64,000 nt of DNA, from assembly GCA_047495785.1 (NCBI GenBank), contig JBLDXI010000015.1:2294001-2358000 (forward strand), in the 5' to 3' direction. A program made the translations under genes and the position numbers. The DNA comes from Lepidodermella squamata. Taxonomy: Eukaryota; Animalia; Gastrotricha. How positions within the stretch are numbered: position 1 is the first letter of the stretch; every line of letters begins with the position of its first letter. Under the pieces are notes generated by a model. That model did no database searches. It was not told where the DNA came from and was given only the letters and a program-made list of their open reading frames with translations. Shown here one piece after another: positions 21,472-32,366 of the stretch.

Positions 21472-24367
21472 ATGGAAAAATTAAGGCAGACTCTGCTATG
21501 CCACCTGTTTTTAACCATAATAACTGCGTCAGGTAAGCAATAATCAGATTTATCATTTAAAAGTCATAACATTTTTACAAATTTTTCAAATTTTAAGTGA
21601 ATCTTTTATCATTTTAATGTTTAGTATGCTCGGCGGAAAATCTTGGTATAATGTATCCAGAGTATCTTTCGAGCGGAGATGAGGATGACACGTCAGAGGC
21701 CGAAGCCGAGGCTGATTTTCTAGTCGATATTGCCCTTGAAACTACGACGAGTGAAAGCGAGGATTTTTCTTCATCGACGCCTGGTCCCAATTTCAAACCC
21801 ATGCCGGCGTATTTAATGCTGACAACCGAGGAGCCTGACAATGCCACGATGGAGGAGATTCAAGAATTTTTTGTCTCAAATAAATCGCTCGATTTAGCTC
21901 ATATTAAACGGCTATTGAAAGTGAGTTTCTATCTTAATTTTCTTAATTTTCATAAATAATTTTGCCTTAGCAACGACTGAGGGTAACTACTCCAGTTCCA
22001 AGCAGAGTGACGGCTGCTCCATTATGTGAATTTACAGAATGCTCTTGTTATCAAGTTTCGGGTCCAGAGGGTCCTCGCGGCCCGCCAGGCCCTAGAGGCC
22101 CACGAGGCCCTCCTGGGCCAGATGGGATACCTGGCACCCCAGGCGAGCCGGGACTTAAGGGCGACAGAGGGCGCCCGGGTCGCCCTGGGATCGATGGGGG
22201 TCCAGGTCCCAAAGGTGATCCGGGTCCTGATGGGATACCGGGAGAACCTGGGCTGAAAGGTCTGATGGGTTGCATGGGTAGGCCAGGGTCATCGGGGCCC
22301 ATAGGGCTACCGGGTCCTCCTGGTGCGAAAGGTGAGCGTGGCGACGATGGGCCTAATGGATGTCCCGGCAAAGACGGAAGGAACGGTGCGCGAGGCTGGC
22401 CGGGTCAAAGGGGTGAACCGGGTGATCAGGGGCCTCCTGGACCGAAAGGGGAGCCGAGCAGTTCTATCTCATTACCTGGAGCTAAAGGCGTCCGAGGTGT
22501 TCCAGGTAGGAAGGGATTAACAGGGGAACTATGCCTTGATGGAATTCCCGGCCGCCGTGGCGATAAGGGTGATCGTGGCGATCTCGGAGAAAAGGGTGAT
22601 CAAGGTTCCCAAGGACCTCCGGGCGCTAAAGGGGCGCCTGGTGTGGTTCGAAATGGTTTGAAAGGTCGAAAAGGTGAAAAAGGAGACCAAGGCAATGCTG
22701 GCGAGGTAATAATCATTTATTACAACAAAAACATCATTATAAAATTAATTTTTTTTTAGCCGGGTGCTCCAGGTGCGAAAGGAATGAAAGGTGCAAAGGG
22801 AGTAAGAGGTGAGCGTGAATTTTAAGATTTACTAACTACTAATAACTTTATCTTTTACAGGACCCGAAGGCTCTTCTGGAAGGAATATCAGGATTGATGG
22901 GCTCCCGGGCGCCAAAGGCGCAACTGGTCCGAAGGGTGATCGAGGTGACCCAGGGCGCCCAGGTGAGGTTGGAGTTCCGGGTGCGAGGGGTGAGCGGGGA
23001 GCGAAAGGTGAATTGGGTGATCCGGGCCCAGATGGCCCTCCTGGTACGCCTGGCTCATGCAATGCAGCTACTGACAGTCTAAAAGGTGACAAAGGAAATC
23101 GTGGTCGCAGTGGTCCCGATGGTGAAGATGGTCTCGATGGCCAACAAGGTCCTCGAGGACCAAAGGGTGAAAGAGGTGAGCCAGGCGCCCCAGGAATTAC
23201 TGGACCAAAGGGTGAACCGGGTATTCCTGGTCGGAATGGTACAAAAGGAGCGAGAGGTGTCGATGCCGATAACGACGACGTGATTCCTGGTCAAAAGGGT
23301 GCCAAAGGGACCAAAGGCGCCCGTGGAGCCCTAGGAAAGCAGGGCATCGAGGGTGAAAAGGGCGAAGAAGGACGGGGCCCTAAGGGTGCAGTCAAAGGTC
23401 GGCGAGGCCCTCCTGGACCACCGGGTCGCAAAGGTGATCGGGGGCCTATTGGTCAAAAGGGTGATGCGGGTGACGAAGGAATAACAGGTGAGCGAGGCCC
23501 TGCGGGTGATCGAGGCGAACCTGGACCCAGCTGCGGAGCTTCCTACATGACCAGCCACATTTACGCGATTCATTCCCAATCAACACAAACCCCAATCTGC
23601 CCTCAAAGGGACCATATACTACTATGGACTGGGTTCAGCCTACTTCACACTGAGGATGATACGAGGTCTCACGTCCAAGATTTAGGCAGGCCCGGGTCGT
23701 GCATTCGGCATTTCGAAGCAATGCCATTCATCTTTTGTAGCTCGAGTGAAATTTGCACATGGGGCGCTAGAACTGCCACGTCGTACTGGCTAGCCAGTAA
23801 TAATAGGAATATGTTCAAGTCTTTGTCCGAATTTGAGGACGCAAGAGCCCAACCGATTCGCTCGGATGAGGAAAAGTTGAGGCAAATTTCGAGATGTGCG
23901 GTTTGTTTGTCCTATGGTCCAATTCTAGCGATTCACTCGCAAAATTCAACTCTCCCGGATTGCCCATCGCCAGCCTGGGAAACTTTATGGACTGGTTACA
24001 GCTACGCTATGGTAAGCCTCCTTAATATTAATTTAAGTTTTCGATAAATATTTCAAAAATTTATTTTGAATTATTTAAAATTTTAAAAATTTAATTTTTT
24101 CAGCACACAGTTGGATCGATGGGAGGTGGCCAATCGTTAGCTTCACCAGGAAGTTGCCTTCGCGAGTTTCGGCACCATCCTTTCATTGAATGCACAGCAG
24201 CTGGCGAGTGTTCTTACTACACAGAAAAAATGTCCTATTGGCTAATGGCTGCTGATCGGGCGTCAAGGCGGCGATCGAATAGCGTCATTAGGCGGCAAGA
24301 TGAAGCCATTGACGCAATAGCCCGATGTCGCGTTTGCACCTTGAGCACCGCGGCGATTTATTATTAA
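21472..24367 (+). CDS. Short type IV collagen-like chain (~851 aa); join(21472..21532,21625..21920,21971..22705,22760..22808,22861..24011,24104..24367)
   Basis: Signal peptide, interrupted Gly-X-Y repeats and two C4 (NC1) repeats (HSQ...CP...LWTGFS...QDLG.PGSC...F..MPF..C...SYWL; SRC.VC). Five phase-compatible GT-AG introns. Confidence 0.93.
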
Positions 24368-24747
24368 TATTACACAGCAACAGCAGTTTTTTAACGATTA
24401 AATGAAATGAAAAGTGAAAAATAAATTCGAAACATTTGACGATAAAATACCCTCTTTTTCGCAAGCTGGCTAAAAAAAAGGATTGCTGCAATAGATGTGT
24501 ATGCGAAGATTGAGAAACAGCCCGAGCAAAAGTATAACAATTGTTTGCACTCCATCAACTAAACAATGGTTTTGCAATGGCAATGATGAACCAGCTACTT
24601 TTTTGGGGAAAAAACTCATGTAATTTGGGTACGTTTTCTTGGATTGCGTCTTAATCAATTAGATGGCAACTCGGAAATGAAAAGAATGAAAATGCATATT
24701 TCCGCTATTCAACAACCTTTGACCTTTAGCTGAAGAGATTTTATGCG

Positions 24748-24820
24748 GCCGAGATAGCTCAGTTGGGAGAGCGTTAGACTGAAGATCTAAAGGTCCCTGG
24801 TTCGATCCCGGGTCTCGGCG
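24748..24820 (+). tRNA. tRNA-Phe (GAA)
   Basis: Canonical metazoan tRNA-Phe body, anticodon loop CTGAAGA. Confidence 0.95.
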
Positions 24821-25001
24821 ATCTCTTCTTCTCATTTTTTATTATTTTTTAATATTTTTGCAAGATTTTTGTTTGTTTGTACTGATGTATTTAGCCAAAA
24901 AAAGTTGTTTTTCCAATATTTTCCAGACACAAGATTAGAGATTATATCGAAGCGGTAACTAAACGCAGTCATTTTCGCAGCTTTCATCGAATTCAGGTCG
25001 C

Positions 25002-25658
25002 TCAAGGAGTCGGGGTGCTTGTCATATTAGCGGGTGGTGTCTGCATCATCATTTCAGCCGCCATGCCTTTTTGGCACATAAGCGTGACAGCCGTATATAG
25101 GGCAATACACTTTTCGCCGAGTGTCTGAGAAACCTTTCCAATAAGGCCGCCCGTCGTGTCTTGCCGTGGATCAGCCGCGGGTGGCTTAACCGAATCGGGC
25201 AAAAGATCAGCCTGGCCACAATGAGGGTCCAGGTTGCATTTGTCAGCCGTGCAGTAACAGAGCAACTTCATAAAAAATGCCACTAATTAATGATTTTGCA
25301 ACGGGGTCACCATCAAATAATTTACTTGGCTCGAAACTGGCGAGTGAGTAATCATGATGTGGTTCATTTCAGTTCCAGATGAGCAGCCCAAATCAACCCG
25401 TGACACACCGACGTACTTCACCACCATACGTTGGCAGGAGCTGCATCCGGCTTGTATAGTTAGGTTATTCGCTGCTAGGTCCATTGACCCACCATAAATG
25501 ACGTTGTTATATACCCCTCCAACATAGCAGGAAACCTCACCTGTGCAAAAATTTGAATTTTCAAAATAATTTCGATAATTGATTATCTAACCCAAACATC
25601 CATGGAAGTAAGAGGCTGCGATCAAACAGGCAGCAAGGGCAAATTGGATTGACGCCAT
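25002..25658 (-). CDS. Small secreted Cys-rich protein, Ly6/uPAR (three-finger)-like, gene A; exons 25658-25592, 25540-25326, 25282-25002 (1-nt frameshift in a T6 run near 25275)
   Basis: Signal peptide, SCY...CSSC...GC...CYC..DKCN pattern; paralog of 31046-31703 with an intron at a similar position. Confidence 0.7.
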
Positions 25659-25988
25659 TTCTAACTCGAAGTTATATATGATGTTGCTACACCTTCAAAC
25701 GGTCTGAAATTAGCTTATGCACGTGTCAGTAGGGCTTGGAACTTGGAACTAAACAAAAATGCACCTAATTACAATCGATGGTAGCCGTATATGTTTGGCC
25801 GTTGGAATCTGGCATATCGAGATTTTATTTGTACAACCATCCGCCTCTCGGCGCTCTAGGCGCGATAACTTATGCCACGTAGATTAGGTTAAAGTAGTCG
25901 ATAAAATATTCATGTGGAAGTTTTTAGAAAAATCTGAAGAATTTACAAAACGGAGTTTATAAAACATATTAAAAACGAGCGTGTGTAG

Positions 25989-28892
25989 TTAATTGGTGTC
26001 AAATGTTATCCAGTTCCTGGGGTCGATTTGGAGGTTGTAAGCGGGCTTCGGTTGATTTCGAATATGCCACGCTGGACAGCGTTTTTCAATTTCATGTGCT
26101 GTATCGGTAGACGGTGTCAGGGTCGATATGTGGTCTAGATACTTGGCAGTTACGAGTGAGCTAGCGAGACAGCGTTCGCCGTATCTCTTTAGGGCTTCAT
26201 CAAATTTGAGGTCGATGCCGGGGACTCCGGCAAATGCTATGACGTCGATAGGGTGGGTTTCGTGAGGAAGGCTCAAAAGGGCTCTCAGGCAGTAGGCTTG
26301 CAGGTCCACCAGGCGGCTCAAGGATGAAGGGCTCAGGCAGGACCAGGCAGGCGCACCGTAAAGTAGGATCGGCTCCAAAAGAGTCTGGTAAAACAAAACA
26401 CAAACCCTTTTGGGTAACAACTTAGTTTTTAAAATCCCATACAGAGACCCGACGCGTTGTCGGATCTTTGACGCGATTACGTCGATGTGATGCGACCAGG
26501 ACAATTGTGGGGTCAGATGCAGGCCCAGATACCGCACCTGGTTGACTTGAGGGATGGCTTGGCCATACAGCTCGAGATGGATTGAGGGAGGTGTATTTCC
26601 GTAGTGGCCGAAGATGATAGCCTCGCATTTTTGCGGGTTCAGCATTAGTCGCCATCGTTTACACCACCTTTCGGTGGCACTGAGCCTTTTTTGCAGGCGC
26701 TTGACACAGACATTGTAGTTGTCGCCATATGCCCAGTTGATGGCGTCGTCGGCGTAAGTGCCTTTGGCGACACGACGTGCTCCGTCATCAGGGTTACAGC
26801 TTTTGGGCTGCATGTCGTTGGCATAAAAAATGAAAAGAAGCGGTGACAAGGGCGAGCCTTGCGGCACGCCGCAATAGATGTTCCTCGTTGCAGATAGCTC
26901 GCTTCCCACTCGGACTTGAAATGATCGGCCACGCAGGAAGTCAGAGACCCACCTTACTATTGGCACCGGTACCCCCGACTGCTCTAGCTTGAGACGCAGC
27001 CCGTCGTGCCAAATACAATCGAAAGCTGCTTTAAAATCCAGTAAAAGTGCAACAAGTTTCTTACGTTTCGCTATCGAGAGGCCTACATCGCTGATAAATA
27101 AAAATAAGGGGTCGTTGGTAGAATGTAGTGGCTGAAAACCGAATTGGTGTCGTGGTAGTAAATTGTTCAGAATTAAAAATCGATATAAAAACTTGGCAAC
27201 AACAATTTCGAGACCTTTTGCAATCGCTGGCAGAAGAGAAACCGGCCTGTATGAGTCCGGCAACCTCGAGTCCTTACCCTCTTTGAGAATTGGGATGATG
27301 ATGGCGACTTTCCACTTTTTCGGTACATAGCCGCAGTTTAAGCTGAGCTGGTACAGATACCTCAGATGTTTTGCCAAATTCTTACCTCCATGTTTCAGTA
27401 GGACGTTAGACACGTTGTCGCGGCCCGGAGCCTTCCATTTGAGCGATTTCATCATCTGCCTTACCGCCCATTTCGGGACCCTTACCTGGACCCGCTTGGG
27501 TATGACACCTAGGGGCTTCATTGCTTCGCTTTTTGACATGTCGTCGGTAGTTTGGTCCCAAAATCGCTGGTCTTCTGTCAAATTTGAGGTTATCGGCGGA
27601 CCTTTCAGAACATTACCAAATGTTTCGGCAAGTAGCTCGCATTTGGCAGCATCGTCGGTGACTCCTAAGCCTTTCGAGTTGGTTAAGATAGCAATTTTAC
27701 GGTTTCGGCGTCGTCCTATGAGACGGCCGTTTACGGCTTGCCACGCTTGCCTTGTCTGATGCTGTTTGAATAGTCTAGCTAGCCTTTGAAGAAATTTTTC
27801 ACAAGCACGAAGTTTTTCTTGAGCAATCAGAATTTTGATTTCTTTGTTCAGCCTATTCACACTGGATTTGGCTTCGGAGGAATTTGTTTTGTCAAAAAGT
27901 CGCTGTAATTTATTTCTTTGCTCTAGTAGCGTAGCAATCTCTTTTGTGAGACGCCAGCTTGAAAGCTTGTATTCCTTACTTTTGGGTATAGTTTCGGCTG
28001 CCGCCCGCTGGATTGCTTCGACAATCGCGTCTGAGTAAGTCTCGATGCTTTCGACCGGGTCTCCTGGCTTGGGTTTAACAGGGTCGGCGATCTCCGCGAG
28101 CCAATGCTTCAGCCGCTCCTCGAAGCGGGTCCAATTGGCTTTGAAAAAGTCGAGTCTAGGTTCGTAGTTGTTTGCCGCTTCCGGGGGGTCTGGACTGGCT
28201 CGAAAGTTCACTTTAATTCTTGTGGCACAGTGGTCGCTGCCGTACTTGTCCTCGACCACGGCCGGACCCGTAAGGAGTGGGAGCACCGCCTGATTCGCCA
28301 ACCATATGTCGATTTGTCGACCATAACCACTGTGCGAGAAGTGGGTTGGGGTGCCGTCGCTCATCAGAGTGTGACCTTCCGAGTTTAGCCATGCAGCCAG
28401 GGCGGTTCCTGCTGGGTTTTTGCTGATGGGGTCGGATAACGTGGGGTGCCAGCAGTTTAGGTCGCCGGCAAATAAGCATGGTTGGTTTGGGTCGGTCGTG
28501 CCACCTAAAGCTATGTTCAAAAAAGTAAGATCAAGAGGGTAATTTGGAGAGCTGTATCCAGTTGCAACTGTGAGCTTTCGACCGTTTGAATCTGCCACTT
28601 TGAGTGCGAGCCACTCGCTGTGGTCAGTTGCGTATTGGAATGCTTCGACCACTCGAATTGAGTTCTTCACTGCTATTGCCACGCCGCCGTACATAACATT
28701 ATTTGTTGCCTTTTCTTTCCTATCTAACCTGAAAACAGTAAAATTTGGGATGTGAAAGTCATCGTTATCGTCTAGCCATGTTTCGTTGATGAGCAAAATA
28801 TCTAACATCAATGTTTGTATCAAAAAAATAATCTCAGCTAATCTCAACGTTACTTTGCAATGACCCGAATTCCATTGCCCTACCCAACACAT
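25989..28892 (-). CDS. LINE ORF2: APE endonuclease + reverse transcriptase
   Basis: QWN, INETWL, GGVAIAV, AGDLN, SDH (endonuclease); KAPGRD, SYRPVSLL, QFGF, LDFKAAFD, GVPQGSPLSP, YADD, YLG (RT). Confidence 0.96.
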   Translation of the reverse strand: MCWVGQWNSGHCKVTLRLAEIIFLIQTLMLDILLINETWLDDNDDFHIPNFTVFRLDRKEKATNNVMYGGVAIAVKNSIRVVEAFQYATDHSEWLALKVADSNGRKLTVATGYSSPNYPLDLTFLNIALGGTTDPNQPCLFAGDLNCWHPTLSDPISKNPAGTALAAWLNSEGHTLMSDGTPTHFSHSGYGRQIDIWLANQAVLPLLTGPAVVEDKYGSDHCATRIKVNFRASPDPPEAANNYEPRLDFFKANWTRFEERLKHWLAEIADPVKPKPGDPVESIETYSDAIVEAIQRAAAETIPKSKEYKLSSWRLTKEIATLLEQRNKLQRLFDKTNSSEAKSSVNRLNKEIKILIAQEKLRACEKFLQRLARLFKQHQTRQAWQAVNGRLIGRRRNRKIAILTNSKGLGVTDDAAKCELLAETFGNVLKGPPITSNLTEDQRFWDQTTDDMSKSEAMKPLGVIPKRVQVRVPKWAVRQMMKSLKWKAPGRDNVSNVLLKHGGKNLAKHLRYLYQLSLNCGYVPKKWKVAIIIPILKEGKDSRLPDSYRPVSLLPAIAKGLEIVVAKFLYRFLILNNLLPRHQFGFQPLHSTNDPLFLFISDVGLSIAKRKKLVALLLDFKAAFDCIWHDGLRLKLEQSGVPVPIVRWVSDFLRGRSFQVRVGSELSATRNIYCGVPQGSPLSPLLFIFYANDMQPKSCNPDDGARRVAKGTYADDAINWAYGDNYNVCVKRLQKRLSATERWCKRWRLMLNPQKCEAIIFGHYGNTPPSIHLELYGQAIPQVNQVRYLGLHLTPQLSWSHHIDVIASKIRQRVGSLYGILKTKLLPKRVCVLFYQTLLEPILLYGAPAWSCLSPSSLSRLVDLQAYCLRALLSLPHETHPIDVIAFAGVPGIDLKFDEALKRYGERCLASSLVTAKYLDHISTLTPSTDTAHEIEKRCPAWHIRNQPKPAYNLQIDPRNWITFDTN

Positions 28893-30472
28893 GATGACTT
28901 ATCGGGAGGGGTCGATTTGTTACCATGATTGTTCAAGTGCTTGGCCGTCGCGGGTTTACTGGGTTTACCTGCTGGGACATCCGTGCTTCGGACATAGTCC
29001 CCTGAAGTGATCTGGCCCCACTCTCTTGCGGCCTCGTCGTGTGTGGGTGCTGGCGTCTGCATGGTGGCTAGGAAATTTGACATTGTGCGAAAGTTCACCT
29101 CAAGGCGGGATATTGCGTCGGCAAGTGTCTGGAGCTTGGAGTGAAGATCGCCTAGCAGCTGGCTCCTTAGCTTCTCGACGACAAGTGGGGCAATCTTCGT
29201 GGCGATATCTTCCATTAGCCGGTCGCTGTGAAATATCTGTTTGGGCTGGATTTGCCAGGCCGGAGTTATTGGTGGAGGAGCTGGTATGAATGTCGGTTGT
29301 AGCGGCGGCGACGCCTCGTCAGTAGGAGCTCCTGTGTCTTTTCTACCTTGAATTTTGGCAATTTTGGAAAGAACACGCTCTTCGTCACGTTTGACTGCAT
29401 TAACGACTGCCTTGCAACCACCCCAGTTCGCCGAGTGTGGACCGTTGCAATTAGCGCATTTACGAGCACTCGGCTTGTCCTTCAGTTCGCAATCTCTGGT
29501 GTAATGCTCGCCGGCACACCATCCGCATTTTTTGACGGTTGATCGGCAGTGCTTGGTCAGATGATCGTGGCTTTGACAAGCGTTGCACCTGATGGGGTGG
29601 TGAACAGCTTTCAACTCCTTGCCTTTGATCCTGCATATGCTGAAAAGTAACCCATCTCCCTTGGTTAATTGCTTCGCCAGCTCCACTGTTTTCATGTAGC
29701 AAAATACTTTACCATGGGTAACTGCGACGTCTTCGACCTTCTCGGCCCATTTCGTCTTTATCGCTTCTGCTGAGATCGTGCTGGGGAACCCTGTGCATTC
29801 GACAGCTCGCCCTTCAGCCTGCGCTGTTTTACGAGCATCGTTGGACGTTGGTTTACGTTGGTTTGTCTTGGCTTCATCTGGGAAATATTCATAATATTTC
29901 TCCGTGCGATGAACTCGAATGCCTCCCCCGAAGGCGTCTTCCGCCCAGCCTTTAAGAATCATAGCATCAGATGCCATTTCGGGGGTTTCAAAGGTGATTC
30001 GGGCTCCTCCCATGCCAAGGACGACCAGTCTGGAAATTCTGACCTTACCGTCAGTTGCTCTGTCGAGTTCCGTGATCATGTCGCCGTCATTTTTAAAATC
30101 GGGCGAAATGTCGTCGATGACTACCACGCACTTTTCGCGCGCGCGAGCGGCAGCTTGCGCCGCCTTCTTGGCATCTTCGCTTTCCCGTGATTCCTGTTCG
30201 TAGGTCGGAGTTTGGCTCATCGAGGATGCCCTCCCCTTGGTGATGGTTCCGGGAGTTTTGCGGCGAAGATCTTCGTTGGTTACTGGCTTTTTTGCCGTAG
30301 TACCTGCGCCGTTAATTACCTTTGTCGCTGGTTCTCCGGTTGGTGATGGCTGCGAGGCCCTCGACGGTGACTGTTGTCTGCTCGCTGGCGTGGAACCGCT
30401 CCCGCCGATTGCCCCAGGCAGCTGGGAACCCTTGATGGGGATGGAGGGGTTTGAAGGGTGTGCTTCAGACAT
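28880..30472 (-). CDS. LINE ORF1 gag-like nucleic-acid-binding protein
   Basis: Three CCHC knuckles (CNACQSHDHLTKHC, CGWCAGEHYTRDC, CANCNGPHSANWGGC); overlaps ORF2 by 13 nt. Confidence 0.93.
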   Translation of the reverse strand: MSEAHPSNPSIPIKGSQLPGAIGGSGSTPASRQQSPSRASQPSPTGEPATKVINGAGTTAKKPVTNEDLRRKTPGTITKGRASSMSQTPTYEQESRESEDAKKAAQAAARAREKCVVVIDDISPDFKNDGDMITELDRATDGKVRISRLVVLGMGGARITFETPEMASDAMILKGWAEDAFGGGIRVHRTEKYYEYFPDEAKTNQRKPTSNDARKTAQAEGRAVECTGFPSTISAEAIKTKWAEKVEDVAVTHGKVFCYMKTVELAKQLTKGDGLLFSICRIKGKELKAVHHPIRCNACQSHDHLTKHCRSTVKKCGWCAGEHYTRDCELKDKPSARKCANCNGPHSANWGGCKAVVNAVKRDEERVLSKIAKIQGRKDTGAPTDEASPPLQPTFIPAPPPITPAWQIQPKQIFHSDRLMEDIATKIAPLVVEKLRSQLLGDLHSKLQTLADAISRLEVNFRTMSNFLATMQTPAPTHDEAAREWGQITSGDYVRSTDVPAGKPSKPATAKHLNNHGNKSTPPDKSSCVG

Positions 30473-30736
30473 AACACACCAAAAAGGAGGGGTGGGGGAA
30501 GGAGAAAGGGGGGATGGGGTTTAAGAGGCGCTTATCCCAACTGGTTGTCGGGTTTACAAGCGCCGAAAAACTAAGAAAAATGAATAAATTAATGTAAATT
30601 AGTATAAAGGAGATAGTTGGCTTAGTGCCATAGTATGTTATTTTTTAAGCTTAGTGGTGTTTATAAGAAAAGTAGGTTCGAAAAAAAGCAGAAAAAGCTC
30701 GTGCTATTCAAAACGAAAAATTCTTTGGTTGGAATC

Positions 30737-30946
30737 TAACCACGCAAACACGATAACAAGGCCTGCGCGAGATTTCCATCATGTCATCAGGTCGATAATT
30801 ATAACGTGTTCTATTCTAATTAAAAAAACTGAAAAAATCCTACCCTGGTGTGATGCCATTTTTCAGATAACCACGTAAACACGATAACAAGGCCTGCGCG
30901 AGATTTCAATCATGTCATCAGGTCGATGATTAACGTGTTCTATTCT
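30737..30946 (+). repeat. Direct repeat, ~80 bp x2 (30737-30817, 30868-30946)
   Basis: TAACCACG.AAACACGATAACAAGGCCTGCGCGAGATTTC.ATCATGTCATCAGGTCGAT...TTCTATTCT occurs twice. Confidence 0.9.
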
Positions 30947-31045
30947 TATTATAGAAGCGGCACAAAAAAACTCAAAAGTTGTGTTGTCATTTGTTTCACC
31001 TAGTTTATAATCTCTGTTTGAATTTTTCGAAACGTTGAACAAAAC

Positions 31046-31703
31046 ATGAGGGCGCAACTCGGTCTGATTGCTGTAGCAGCTTGCTGTCTCAGCTTGGCTC
31101 ATGCAGCAACAAAAATTCAGTGCTTTAACGGTACCGCGCTGGCTATGGGCACAGATACGATTTCTGTGGATCCAAGCGTGCACTCGGCGACTGTCAAAAC
31201 AGCAACAGGCTGCGACTTCTGCAAGATTGACCAGCAAATTATCAAGAGTCCTAACAAAATGGCTATGGTCAAGTTTGGCTGTGAACCATTCCGACCACAA
31301 GAAATCGCCGCTGAGCAGACAATCTCAATCACGAAAAGTGCAACTGTAGATATGGTTAGTATAATATGATCGTTCTCTGCCTACGATAATTTCAATGCCC
31401 CATGTAAATTTTCAGTTCTCCTGTACCTGTGGCGTCAACAACTGCAACGGTTTGCCGAACTGTGCTGTGGGATCGCAGTACATACCATCTGAGCCTTCTA
31501 CGACGGGCCAGACTACTGGAGCGAACCCTGGTCCTATGGGTCCAATGGGCCCAGATGCGTCGGATCGGGATGTTATGCCGCCAGCAAACATGATGACGTA
31601 CATAATGATGAAGGACTCCGAGAAATGCAGCCTCGTGCAAAACCTGATGCTGCAATTTTGCGGCGAAGTTGACCCCTCAAGCATGACAACACCCGCGCCC
31701 TGA
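31046..31703 (+). CDS. Small secreted Cys-rich protein, Ly6/uPAR (three-finger)-like, gene B; join(31046..31354,31416..31703)
   Basis: Signal peptide, QCF...CDFC...GC...CTC..NNCN, C-terminal EKC...C...MTTPAP as in gene A; 61-nt GT-AG intron. Confidence 0.75.
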
Positions 31704-32137
31704 GCGGTCTGATCGGAGATCAACGGCATCAAGCGAGAAAGATGCATATGAGACCGAAATGGAAACCATGAACTGAAAATATGCTTGTTAAAGATTGCAA
31801 TGATGTTAAGCGAATATTTTTGAATAAGCATCATCGGCGGTAAAACTTAATTCATCAATTAAAAAATGTGCATTTTATTTGTACTTGAATTGAAAAAATT
31901 GGATGCTTTTTCTAATTTTTCCAATTGAAGAAATCGGTGCTAATTTGGTTCTACGCTATTTGCGCAAACGAAAAAATATCAAGGGCTTTGGAGCAGCGAT
32001 TAAACAGCAACATGAAAAAGAAGCAAAACGACAGAAGAGCTAATAAAATTATATACTCTAACCATTTACTGCAGCAACGAAATATGTGTTTATTACTACT
32101 CATAAGCCTTTACCTTTAGATGAGCTTATTATATGCG

Positions 32138-32210
32138 GCCGAGATAGCTCAGTTGGGAGAGCGTTAGACTGAAGATCTAAAGGTCCCTGGTTCGATCCCG
32201 GGTCTCGGCG
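32138..32210 (+). tRNA. tRNA-Phe (GAA)
   Basis: Identical to 24748-24820. Confidence 0.95.
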
Positions 32211-32366
32211 ATCTCTTTTTTTACTTTTTATTTTTTTTCAGTTTTTTCCAGCCTGATTGCGAGAAATGAAGATGACACGTGCCGAAGAATAACTTATGAA
32301 TGGCTAAGCGTAACAAATAAAATAACAATTTAAGCAGATTTTTCACTATTTTTCGTTTTCTATAAA

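Larger units (their letters stand above)
25811..30727 (-). mobile_element. Full-length non-LTR retrotransposon (LINE, Jockey/I-like ORF1 with zinc knuckles)
   Basis: 10-bp TSD GTTGGAATCT at 25801-25810 and 30728-30737; intact ORF1 and ORF2; AATAAA ~13 nt from the 3' end. Confidence 0.93.

Noticed and set aside
22051-23579. Antisense and alternate-frame ORFs over collagen (and similarly over GPCR, TRPM and VWA genes)
   Set aside because: Shadow ORFs produced by the codon periodicity of the real genes.
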